In this document: piece after piece, positions 1 through 8,736 of the stretch
Layout: every line of letters starts with the position of its first letter
How positions within the stretch are numbered: position 1 is the first letter of the stretch
Source: an uncultured Acidimicrobiaceae bacterium
GTDB lineage: Bacteria; Actinomycetota; Acidimicrobiia; Acidimicrobiales; Palsa-688
Reading direction: 5' to 3'
Assembly (NCBI GenBank): GCA_963834735.1
Contig: CAWICT010000014.1
Span: 14,962-78,961 of the forward strand
DNA length: 64,000 bases
Position numbers and translations under genes: made by a program
Notes under the pieces: generated by a model
What the model was told of the DNA's origin: nothing
Seen by the model: the letters and a program-made list of their open reading frames with translations, nothing else
The model's database searches: none

Positions 1-660
1 CACAGGAAAGCACAACTGCCCGAGCGCGCCGAGCTGGCGGAGCTCGAGCGCGTTATGGGACAAGCCCAAGCCAGCCGCGCCGTGGTGGGCGCGGCGCTGG
101 GCGAGGTGGCATCTCGCCAGGAAGCGGCAGAGCGTGAGCTGAAGGCGACCGAAGACAGGGTCGTGCAGGTGAACCGCCGGCTCTATGGAGGCACGGTGAC
201 TGCTTCACGCGAGCTGCAGGCCATGGCGGAAGACGTCGAAGGTCTGAAAAATCGCGCCTCGGAGCTCGAGGACAAGGTTCTCGCGTTCATGGAGGAGCGC
301 GAGCCCTTCGATACGGAGATGGCGTCGCTGGACCGCAAGCTCGCAGAGCTTGCGGAGCGCCAGCAGGGCACTCTCGAAAGGTTGAGGGGCGCCGAGACCG
401 AACTTGAGGCCGCCATTGCGGGGTTGGCGGCGCAACGCCCTGGAGCCGTTGAGGCCGTCCCTCAGCCGTTGCTGACTGCGTACGATCGCCTGCGGTCGCG
501 TCTCGGAGGGGTTGCTGTGGCGCGGCTGGTCGGCGGCCGCTGTGACGGTTGCCATTTGAGCCTGCCGGCGATGGAGCTCGACCGTATCCGCCACCAGAGC
601 GCTGGCTCCCTGGAGACTTGCGAACAATGCGGGCGGATCCTCGTAATTGCCGGGCATTGA
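1..660 (+). CDS. zinc-ribbon / coiled-coil protein (COG1579, DUF164-like); 5' end outside window
   Basis: The frame is open from base 1 (HRKAQLPERAELAELERV precedes the first Met at 55). A long Ala/Glu/Leu/Arg coiled-coil is followed by a C-terminal CxxC...CxxC ribbon (GGRCDGCHLSL ... ETCEQCGRIL). Stop at 658-660. Confidence 0.7.
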   Translation, partial: HRKAQLPERAELAELERVMGQAQASRAVVGAALGEVASRQEAAERELKATEDRVVQVNRRLYGGTVTASRELQAMAEDVEGLKNRASELEDKVLAFMEEREPFDTEMASLDRKLAELAERQQGTLERLRGAETELEAAIAGLAAQRPGAVEAVPQPLLTAYDRLRSRLGGVAVARLVGGRCDGCHLSLPAMELDRIRHQSAGSLETCEQCGRILVIAGH

Positions 661-677
661 CCCACGTTGGGCCCGGG

Positions 678-1577
678 GTGCTGGTAGGGACATGTTCGTG
701 GACCGACCCCACACTTACCAAAGAGACCTCCTGGTACCCGCGCCGCTCGATGAGCGCCGAAGAACGGTTGCGCTACTACGCAGGACATTTCCCCCTTGTC
801 GAGGCGGACGTTACCTACTACAGGCCCTTGATGCCCGAGCTCGCGCGGTCCTGGGCCGAACGCGTGCCGGACGGTTTTTGTTTCGACGTGAAGGCATACG
901 GTTTGTTGACGGGTCATCCGGTAGAGACAGTTTCGTTGTGGCCGGACATAAAGGACGAGCTTCAGCCCGAGGCCGCCGGCAAACGGCGGATCTACTCTTA
1001 CAATTTGCCGCCTGATGCACTGGAGGAGGCATGGGCACGCTTCGTCCATGCTCTTGGCCCTTTGCACGACACCGGGCACCTGGGAGCGATGCTCCTGCAG
1101 TACCCACCTTGGTTCGTGCCCAAGCGGGCCAACCGCGACGAGCTTGCACGCCTGCCCGAACGCCTTGGAGGTACGCCTGCCTGCGTAGAGTTCAGGTCAC
1201 CGGCTTGGTTCGAGGACAAGGACCGGGAGCGCACTATCGGGTTGTTACGCGACCTCGGGTTGGCGCTGGTCGTCGTCGATGCCCCAAAATCATCCGGTTT
1301 ACCGGTTGTTCTTGATGCGACAGTCAACGACCTGGCCGTGGTGCGTTTCCATGGCCGGGCCGACAGCACCTGGCGTGCTCGCAATGTGACCGCCGCCGAG
1401 CGCTTCCGGTATCTCTACAGCGAAACCGAACTTGCCGAGTGGGTGCCGCGCACCCGACGGCTGGCGCAACTGGCTTCGCGTGTCCACCTTCTCATGAACA
1501 ACTGTTACCAGGACTACGGTGTGCGCAACGCCGCCCAGCTCGCTGCGATGCTGGCGGACGAGAGCCTTGATGAGTGA
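678..1577 (+). CDS. DUF72 (UPF0759) domain-containing protein
   Basis: ORF 549..1577 trimmed to the in-frame GTG at 678, after the upstream stop. Family-typical strings: LVGTCSWTDP, YYAGHFPLVEADVTYY, FCFDVKAY, LLQYPPWF. Confidence 0.8.
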   Translation: MLVGTCSWTDPTLTKETSWYPRRSMSAEERLRYYAGHFPLVEADVTYYRPLMPELARSWAERVPDGFCFDVKAYGLLTGHPVETVSLWPDIKDELQPEAAGKRRIYSYNLPPDALEEAWARFVHALGPLHDTGHLGAMLLQYPPWFVPKRANRDELARLPERLGGTPACVEFRSPAWFEDKDRERTIGLLRDLGLALVVVDAPKSSGLPVVLDATVNDLAVVRFHGRADSTWRARNVTAAERFRYLYSETELAEWVPRTRRLAQLASRVHLLMNNCYQDYGVRNAAQLAAMLADESLDE

Positions 1578-1614
1578 TGGGCAGAGCGTGGGCAGAGCGT
1601 GGTTTTCGGCAGAC

Positions 1615-1671
1615 GGAGGTTTATCGCACTGGGAGGATTTTACCTCACTGGAGGTTTATCGCACTGGGAGG
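1615..1671. repeat. perfect 22-bp direct repeat pair (GGAGGTTTATCGCACTGGGAGG) with a 13-bp spacer
   Basis: Copies at 1615-1636 and 1650-1671, in the gap between the convergent DUF72 and YVTN genes. An 11-bp x2 tandem (GGGCAGAGCGT) lies at 1579-1600. Confidence 0.9.
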
Positions 1672-1875
1672 TTCACGGCACTTGCCCCGCGCCCAGAGAA
1701 ACGTTGACGGGTAACGAAAGTGCGCTCATGAAACCGCTCCCGGCTGTGGTCTGGACGGCCTGCAGCTCGTAGCTCAGCAGGGTCGGGACCGCGGCGACCG
1801 AGCCGCTGCTCTCCAGGGCCGCGACCGAGTCGCCTTGGACGGCCAGGCAGGTCGCTGGCGTGCCGGCCAGGGTCT

Positions 1876-3195
1876 TCAACACTGCGTTGGTGGCGGTGCT
1901 AATGAGGTAGACGGTGCCAGCGCCTGCGCGACTGCTACAAAACAGCCGTCCGGTGCGGCGACGAGTGCGACCGGCGTGTTGCCGGCGCCAATGCTGAAGT
2001 TCGCCACGGTATTGCTGGCCGTTGCGATCACTGATATCTCGTCGGTGCCGCTGTCGCCGACGTAAATTTCGGTGCCGGCAGTGGGGTTTTGCACCAAGCC
2101 GACATCGGCTGGGGTCTCCACCCCAGTTCCCTGGTTGCCGATTGCGTCCTCAGCCACAAACGTGTTAGCGGTCGCGCCGTTCAAGGAGAGCTCGTCGAGC
2201 TGGTTATTGGCGCGGTCGACGACGTATGCGTCAGCGCTCGAAGGCAGGACAACGATCCCCATAGGAGCTGGCAGCTGGCCGCCAGCGGGCGTGGGCAGTG
2301 CCACCGTGGCGGTCACAGTGGCAGTGGCCGTGTTGATCACCGTGACAGTGCCGGCGTTGTAATTGGCGACCAAGAGCTCCGAAGAGCTCGGCGTCACCGC
2401 CATCGCGTCAGGGTTGCCGAGCGCCCCGACAGGGATCGTTGTTGTGACGGTGTAGGTGGGTGCCGGTGTAGGTACCGGGATTACATCGACCTGGTCGTTG
2501 GTCGCGTCGAGCACGTAGGCCGCAGAACCGTTGGGCGCCATCGCTACCGCGATTGGGACCGGGCCGCTGCCTGCAAGGGTCACGGTGGAAACGACTTTGT
2601 CGTAATTGGCGTCGCCGTGAAGTGAGTCGACAACCAGCACGTTGTGGTTGCCCGTCCCGCTCTCGGCCACATAGGTCCACGACCCGCTCGACGTGGTAGT
2701 AGAGGCGATCAGGTTTTCCTGTGCCCCGAAATCGTACGCGCCGACAGTGGTTGTGGTCCCTCCGTAATCGGCGTCGAGGGCATTGCCAGAGGTGTAGTAG
2801 TACGTGGTCGTGGGCAGGGCGTCGGTGGCGGTGTCGTCGGTGAAGGTTGTGGCCGGCGGTGCGCCTGACGTCGAGCCGGCAAGGCTGTAGGCGCCCCCGT
2901 TTACGCTTCGCCACACCCCGTAATACCCCACGAGGTAGTTACCGTCTTCGTCCAACGCCGATGACCCGGCCCAGCTGAGCGGGACGGCCGTGTGGTAGGT
3001 GGAACTGGCGCAGGTGGGGGTCGAGGTTGCCAGCGCGGTCGGGGCTGTCAACATCGCAGTCTGGTCGGTTTGTGGGCCAGCCGTGAGGCCGAATAAGAAC
3101 TGGGCCTCAGCTGCCTGAGGGTTGCCGACGACTGCCAGGCTCACGACGGTGACGAGGCCGAGGCCTAGCCGGGCTCGCCTGAACAGCCGGCTCAT
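1876..3195 (-). CDS. secreted YVTN-family beta-propeller repeat protein
   Basis: ORF 1876..3465 trimmed to ATG 3195, giving the signal peptide MSRLFRRARLGLGLVTVVSLAVVGNPQAAEA. The C-terminal half has repeated YVTN-like units (AYVLDATNDQVDVIPV, LLVANYNAGTVTVINTAT, AYVVDRANNQLDEL, IYVGDSGTDEISVIAT). The N-terminal part is Thr/Tyr-rich and FN3-like. Confidence 0.75.
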   Translation of the reverse strand: MSRLFRRARLGLGLVTVVSLAVVGNPQAAEAQFLFGLTAGPQTDQTAMLTAPTALATSTPTCASSTYHTAVPLSWAGSSALDEDGNYLVGYYGVWRSVNGGAYSLAGSTSGAPPATTFTDDTATDALPTTTYYYTSGNALDADYGGTTTTVGAYDFGAQENLIASTTTSSGSWTYVAESGTGNHNVLVVDSLHGDANYDKVVSTVTLAGSGPVPIAVAMAPNGSAAYVLDATNDQVDVIPVPTPAPTYTVTTTIPVGALGNPDAMAVTPSSSELLVANYNAGTVTVINTATATVTATVALPTPAGGQLPAPMGIVVLPSSADAYVVDRANNQLDELSLNGATANTFVAEDAIGNQGTGVETPADVGLVQNPTAGTEIYVGDSGTDEISVIATASNTVANFSIGAGNTPVALVAAPDGCFVAVAQALAPSTSLAPPPTQC

Positions 3196-3265
3196 CCCCC
3201 TGCGTTCGCCTGTTGTTTTGCCACGGGTTCGTCGGCGACAGCGGCTACTCGAGGCACCCTCGGAG

Positions 3266-3997
3266 CTAGCGGTGTAGATGTGGCTGAGGGCGAGAGAGCG
3301 GACGCGGTGGAGCGGTGACGGCGGATGCCTTTTCGGGGGCAGTCCGCGGGAGTACCGCGGTCGCATGCTCGGGTCTGGGCCATCGCTTGGGTATGACGAG
3401 CTCTTTTTCGGCGGTCTCCTCCAGCTCCTCCTCACCCTTCTTGCCCCAGATGAGGAACAGGCCACCGGCGACCATCAGAGCGAACAGCATGACTTCCAAA
3501 GCGACACGAGTGGATTGCTTGTAGAGCCAGACGCCCACGTAGCCCAGGTAGGGCACGAAATAGTGTTCGGCGTAGGCCGTCTTGCCGACCAGTTGCACCG
3601 GGCCAGGGTCGGGCGCGTTGTTGGCATCGCCCTTGGTGCGCACGAAGACGTGGCCGTCGTTGTTGGTCACTGCGATAACCCTGTGGATGCGGACGTAGTT
3701 ACCCTGCCCCGGGGGGTGGAAAGCGATGATCTGGCCAGCCCGCACTGCGCTGACCGGCTCTGGCCAAAGGACGGCGACGCCGCCGACGCGGAGCGCCGGG
3801 GTCATCGAGCCGCTTTCGATCACTTCGTAGTGCCACCAGCCCGCGACTGGGCCGATCGCAGCGACGACGACTACAGTGGCGAGAAAGAAAAGGATGGCTT
3901 CCAGCGAAGAACTGGCGGCCCGGGAGGCAGGTGATTTGCCTGCGATGTTGCTCGCTTCGGCTCCTAGTTCTTTGTTCGAAGCTTTGTTCCGCAACAT
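3266..3997 (-). CDS. sipW: signal peptidase I, archaeal/SipW type (S26B)
   Basis: Catalytic motifs ESGSMTP, RIHRVIAV and KGDANNAPDP are present, flanked by N- and C-terminal TM helices. SD-like GGAGGG lies 3 nt before ATG 3997. Confidence 0.8.
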   Translation of the reverse strand: MLRNKASNKELGAEASNIAGKSPASRAASSSLEAILFFLATVVVVAAIGPVAGWWHYEVIESGSMTPALRVGGVAVLWPEPVSAVRAGQIIAFHPPGQGNYVRIHRVIAVTNNDGHVFVRTKGDANNAPDPGPVQLVGKTAYAEHYFVPYLGYVGVWLYKQSTRVALEVMLFALMVAGGLFLIWGKKGEEELEETAEKELVIPKRWPRPEHATAVLPRTAPEKASAVTAPPRPLSRPQPHLHR

Positions 3998-4039
3998 GTT
4001 CCCTCCTGGGAAATGGCTAGTCCAGTGCCTTAGTTATGG

Positions 4040-4128
4040 CCACGATGGCTGGCAAAGCCGTGGCTGCTCAAGCCGTGGCTCCTAAGGCCGCGGTCCCTAA
4101 AGCCGTGCTCCCTAAAGCCGTGCTATTG
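4040..4128. repeat. 15-bp tandem array (about 5-6 units, AAAGCCGTGCTCCCT-like) between the TasA-like stop and sipW
   Basis: Plus-strand units at 4054-4068, 4069-4083, 4084-4098, 4099-4113 and 4114-4128, plus a degenerate unit at 4040-4053. The last unit overlaps the TAG stop at 4123-4125. Confidence 0.85.
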
Positions 4129-4788
4129 GGCAGCCCCGGCCCGTTGGGTCGCCAAGAAGTTGTAGGTGAGGACCGATGTGCAACCCTCCAGGTTTTCGGT
4201 GGCGCCAGTACCTGCGCAGGCCGCCGGGTTGACGGCAAGGTTGCCAGGAGCCCCCACCGGGAAAGTCAGTGTGAAGAGCAGATAGTCCTTCCCGCCAGCG
4301 ACGAGAGACTTCAGCCCTGGCAGCGCCACGGGTGCCGTTACGAGATTGGCAACAGGTGTCGAGGCCAGGACCTGAGTCGAGGTCCCTCCGCAGGTGTACG
4401 TCGGCGGCGCACCCGTTGGCGCCACAGAACACTCCGAGATGGCCAAGTGGAGGCCGTTCGTTGCGTCAGTGTTCAATAAAGAGCTGGTGTTGGCTGTAAA
4501 CCCAAGAGTAATGCTGGCGTCATTCGCTGTCGCACCTGTCGAATTGAGGTCGATCTCGCGAGTGATCGTGTCGCCCGGGACAATAGCGGTGGCGGCCGTG
4601 CCCGCAGTGTTGGTCGGGCCGGTCGCAATGATTATCTTGCCGGAGCTGATCGTCTGAGGGCCTGCGCTCACGGTGTCGGTGAACGTTGCGAACGCCCCGC
4701 CGAAAGCAAGTGTGAGAGCGCCACCAACAAGAGCCGTGGACGCAAGAAGCTTTTTGAGTGTACTACGACGGCGTTGTGCCCTTGTCAT
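4123..4788 (-). CDS. SipW-dependent-type signal peptide protein (TasA/camelysin-like secreted protein)
   Basis: ORF 4123..5007 trimmed to ATG 4788. The N-terminus MTRAQRRRSTLKKLLASTALVGGALTLAFGGAFATFTDTVSAG carries the AxFTD signature of SipW substrates. It lies directly upstream of sipW on the same strand. Confidence 0.7.
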   Translation of the reverse strand: MTRAQRRRSTLKKLLASTALVGGALTLAFGGAFATFTDTVSAGPQTISSGKIIIATGPTNTAGTAATAIVPGDTITREIDLNSTGATANDASITLGFTANTSSLLNTDATNGLHLAISECSVAPTGAPPTYTCGGTSTQVLASTPVANLVTAPVALPGLKSLVAGGKDYLLFTLTFPVGAPGNLAVNPAACAGTGATENLEGCTSVLTYNFLATQRAGAAQ

Positions 4789-5054
4789 GAGGGGTAGCCA
4801 GGTCCTTTCTCGTTCCCCCCTCCATGGGCTATGTGTTGTTGCTCCGTCGCAGCTGGATGCCTGCTTCCTGATATCTTCTCGGCTGTTTCTCGGCAGTGCG
4901 TTCGGGGTACTTGAGAAGGTTTCAGCGGCTTTACGCCCTGACTGCAAGCTGGGGTTCCGACCACGCGGGCCCTTTCCGCCCGAGCAAACAGGGCTGCCGG
5001 CCTGCATTTATAAGCGCGCAGTGTTGCCTATAAAGCGGGGCGCTGCTGCGGGCG

Positions 5055-7376
5055 CTAAGGCACCAGGACGCGCGCGGTGGCGCGCCGTCCAGCGAGTTTG
5101 ACGACCTCGATCGCATTTGGCAGTTGCTCTTTTATTTCCATCGAGTGCGTCACTACGAGGATTTGGCGGAAGCGGCCCTTCAGGCGTTCCAAGGCCAGCA
5201 GCATCCGCGACTTGCGCTCTTCGTCCAGCGGTCCGAATACCTCGTCCAGCACCAGTAGCCCGACGGTGCCCCCGGACTGGAACCGGACGTGCTCGCTGAT
5301 AGCCACGCGGAGGGCCAGGTTGGCGAGGTCCACCTCTGAACCGGAAAAGCGTTCGAGGTCGTACGACACCCCGCTGTCGCAGATCTGTAGCCCGTAGGTC
5401 TCGGTGTCGACTTCCAGACGGTCGTACTCGTTGTCGGTGAGCTCGCCGAACAGCTCGGCCGCCTGAACAGCCAAGCGAGGCCCGACGGATGCCACGACGC
5501 TGTTGCGGAACCCGTTGAGCAGCTCGGCGGTACGCCCGAGGTGGACCGATGCCGACTCGAGCTCGGCGAGGAGAGCGTGCTGCGCCTCGGCCTCGGCGAA
5601 GCGCTTGCGCTTCGGCGTCGGCCTGCGCCCGCGCCTTGGTGGCGCTCAGATGGGCCGAGCGGGCCGCCAAGTCGGCCTCCTTGGCGGCTGTTTCGGCCTC
5701 GTTCAGGGCTTCGCGTGCCTCGTTCAGGGCTTCCGGTTCGAAACCGAGGGCGCGGACCTTGGAACGCAGTGCCTCCAGCAATGCCGAGGCGCCCGCCACG
5801 CGCTCCCGTGCCTGGCCGAGGGCAAGTTCGGCTTGCGGGCGCCGCTCCAGGCGGCCGCGCAGGCGGCTCGCTTCTTCGGCAGCGTGCTTGCAAGCCGAGA
5901 GCTCTTTGCGAGCAGCCTCGAGCGCCGTTGAGACCGTCTCGGGCCAGGGGCCGTCCCGAGGGCCGCCGCCACGGCCGCATCATGCTTGGCCAGGGCTTCG
6001 AACCCCGTCGCCAGCCGCACGGCGGCCGTTTCCCGGCGTGCACATGACTGCTCCCAGGCGGCGAAAGCTTGGCGGGCCGCCGCGACCTCGGTGCTGAGCC
6101 GGGCCATCTGAGCTGAGGTCCCCGCCGCCGCCGCCGTCGCCGTCGTGAGGGTCTCGTCTGAAGCCTTTAGGCGTGCCTGCGCGGCCTCCAGCTCGGCCTC
6201 ACGGTGCGACTGGACCCTGGCGAAGGCGTCCCCCAGAGCCTGGCCGCACAGCGGGCAGTCTTCTTCCCCGGTGAGTAGCGCCGACTTTGTGAGGGCATCG
6301 CTGGCGACCTTCAGCTCGGCGGCTGCGGCCTCGCGTCTCGCGCTTGCAGACCCAAGTTCGGCGCGAGCCTCCATGGCAAGCTTCTCGGCACCTGCAAGGT
6401 CCATTTCGTCAGGGATAGGCGGAGGGGCAACCTCGGGCAGCGAGGCCAGCTCGTTTGCGCTGCCGAGCAGGGCACTCACGAGTTGCACCCGTTGTTCGAC
6501 CACGGGCAGCTCCGCGGCCAACGGCTCCAGCTCGCTCAAGTTGGCCTCGTTTGCCGCAAGGTCGGCCAGCTCTGACGCGAGCTCGTCGGCCTGTTTGCCT
6601 GCTGTCTCCAGCTCCGCTCGGGCCGCTTTTCCCTCAAGGACAAGCTTGACCTGCTCTTGGCGGACCAGGTCCAGCTTGTCGAACCTTTCTTTGGCCGCCA
6701 GGGCTGCCTCGCGTGCCACGGAGGCCGCCTTTTCTTCCTCGACGGCAGCTGTCCCGGAAGCGGATGCCCGCGCCTCGGCGTCGGCGGCTGACACCTTGGC
6801 CTCCTCAAGATCCGGGAGCATGCCACGGAGGCGTTTATGCTGCTCGGTGGTCTGCCTGGCGTCGGCGCGAGCTTTGTCCCGGGCTGCATCGAGGGGCGTT
6901 ACACCTAGGAGCGCCAGCACAAGCTTGCGACGTTCGGCCGGGCTCTGACTGGAGAACGCATCCAGTTGTTTTTGTTCCGCGAACACCGAGGCCCTGAACG
7001 CGCCGTCGTCCATCCCGAGGACCGAGTGAACGTAGCGCCCGGTGTCCCGCACACCCTCGGACATGGCGAGCCCGTCGCAGTGCGCCTCCGCGCGGACCGT
7101 GGCGTTCGCTCCCGAGATCGTCCGTCGCACGAGGTAGATGTGGCCCTCGTGCTCGAAGGTGACCTCGGCGATGCACTCTCCGTGTGCGCCGGCCGAGGGG
7201 ACCTCCTCCTTGGCGGTGCGTGCCTTGCCCCAAAGGGCCCAGAGCACGGACTCCAGCAGAGTCGACTTGCCGGCGCCGTTCGGCCCGTACACGCCGACGA
7301 GCCCAGGTGGGAGGACGAGGTCGAGCTCGTCTTCGAACACGCGGTAGTTGCGAAGGTATATGCGGTCGATGAGCAA
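5055..7376 (-). CDS. sbcC: SbcC/Rad50-like DNA repair ATPase (two frame disruptions as assembled)
   Basis: TTG start at 7376. It has a Walker A (GPNGAGKSTLLES), long coiled coils and a zinc hook (EEDCPLCGQ). The C-terminal signature and Walker B are FSGSEVDLANLALR and LLVLDEVFGPLD. Reading continues in another frame between about 5945 and 5608 (ETVSTALEAARKEL...AQADAEA), then returns to the original frame (KRFAEAEAQHALL...). Stop at 5055. Confidence 0.8.
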
Positions 7377-7395
7377 CGGTCCGGTAGCCCCTGGC

Positions 7396-8524
7396 CTAAC
7401 CCGCCGACTCGATCGCGTCCTCGAGGTACTTGTGGCCCAGGTCCTGCACGCGCTGACGGTCGAGACCCGTCAGGTCCTGGTGCGAGAGCCAGGAGTCCCA
7501 CTGGCCCCCGAGGGTTTCGACCCGTGGGAGCTCCGCCTGGGACGCTGACGTCCACGAACTGGGGTTCCAACCTCAAGTCGAGTGCGGCCGCTGCGACTTC
7601 ACGGACCAATTGGCGATCTAGCAGCCGGTAGGCCTCGGGGTCGACGCCTTCCAGGTAAAGCCTGGCGACGGCACCTTCAGGGACAGTCGCAGCGCGCTGA
7701 AGGACCTGCTCGGAAAGTTCCGCTGGCGAAAGGCCCAGCGCGTAGATGTTGTCCAGGGTGACAAGGGGACGCTGCCCCGTGAGAGGGATGTGGCGGCACT
7801 GGCCGGTGACCGTGTCGAGTACGACTATCCCTTTGGCCCTGTCGGGGTCGTCGGCAAAGCTGAACGTGTCGGTCGAGCCGGCGTACCAGATGCCCTCGGC
7901 GACCTGGGCGTGGAAATGGTAATGACCGAGCAGCACGAGGTCGGACTGAAGCGTCCCGAGGTCGATCTCGATCTCGTTGATGTCAGCGTGCCTGGGCTCG
8001 ACCTGCTTGATCCGCGGGTGGGTGAGGAGCAGGTTGGTGTGCTGGCTGCTCCGCGACCTGTTGGCCTCCTCGAGGGCCTCGAGTGTCGCGTCTACGCTCA
8101 ACATCTGAGGGACGGCGTGCACGACGAGGGCCTCCGTTGCCGTCGTGATCTCGAAGCGCTCATAGGAGAGCCGATGGGCGAAATGCACCTCGGGGAAGGT
8201 GTCCGCCAGGGCGGAGTATGGACTGCCTCGACCGGGAAGGCGGGGTGTGTCGTGGTTGCCACTGATGACTACCGCCGGCACCCCGTGGCCCCTGATCCTC
8301 GCGAGAGCGCGCTGCACGACGCGGAAAGAACGATAGTGAGGGGCCGGGTGGTCGAAGATGTCGCCGAGCCATATCAGCAGGTCCGGCTCCTGCGCCAAGG
8401 CAAGCTCGACGGCGGCCTCGAAGGACCTCTCGAAGTCCCATTCCCGTTGGTTGACCCCACCTTCGACCGTGTACGGGAGGTATGAGCGCCCCAGGTGGGC
8501 GTCGCCGATCGCAGCAACCTTCAT
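7396..8524 (-). CDS. sbcD: SbcD/Mre11-like metallophosphoesterase nuclease (frame disruption near the 3' end)
   Basis: Nuclease motifs present: MKVAAIGDAHLG, LGDIFDH, SGNHD, LLGHYH. After about 7545 the sensible reading shifts frame (SQAELPRVETLGGQWDSWLSHQDLTGLDRQRVQDLGHKYLEDAIESAG) and ends at TAG 7396-7398, 19 nt before the sbcC start. The 539-aa ORF-track version runs out of frame over sbcC. Confidence 0.8.
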
Positions 8525-8633
8525 AGTGACAAGTCCTTCATGGCGACAAGTCCTTCATCGTGCGGAGAGCTTCATAGTGACCAGACCTTCATCAATGCCC
8601 AGTCCTTCATCAATGCCCAGTCCTTCATACTGA
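8525..8633. repeat. 17/18-bp tandem array whose units all begin ATGAAG(G) on the minus strand, abutting the sbcD start codon
   Basis: Minus-strand ATGs at 8628, 8610, 8592, 8575, 8558, 8541 and 8524 (the last is the sbcD start). Units are ATGAAGGACTGGGCATTG x2, ATGAAGGTCTGGTCACT, ATGAAGCTCTCCGCACG, ATGAAGGACTTGTCGCC, ATGAAGGACTTGTCACT, then ATGAAGGTTGCTGCG (sbcD). Confidence 0.95.
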
Positions 8634-8736
8634 CCAGTACAGCATGGCCCAGTGACAAGAACGCGCTGTCTAGTACCTAATACGCCACTGTCTAGAACTC
8701 AGAGCCCGGTAACCGTCACTGCTCGCTGGGATAATC

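Noticed and set aside
1615-1671. Possible mini-CRISPR (22-bp repeats).
   Set aside because: There are only two full repeats, and the 13-bp spacer is itself repeat-derived. No cas genes or leader are present, and the repeat length and spacing are wrong for CRISPR.
6905-7395. The C-terminal 160 aa of the 539-aa SbcD ORF, overlapping sbcC.
   Set aside because: This part is out-of-frame low-complexity sequence. A shifted frame gives a sensible SbcD C-terminus ending at 7396, just before the sbcC start.
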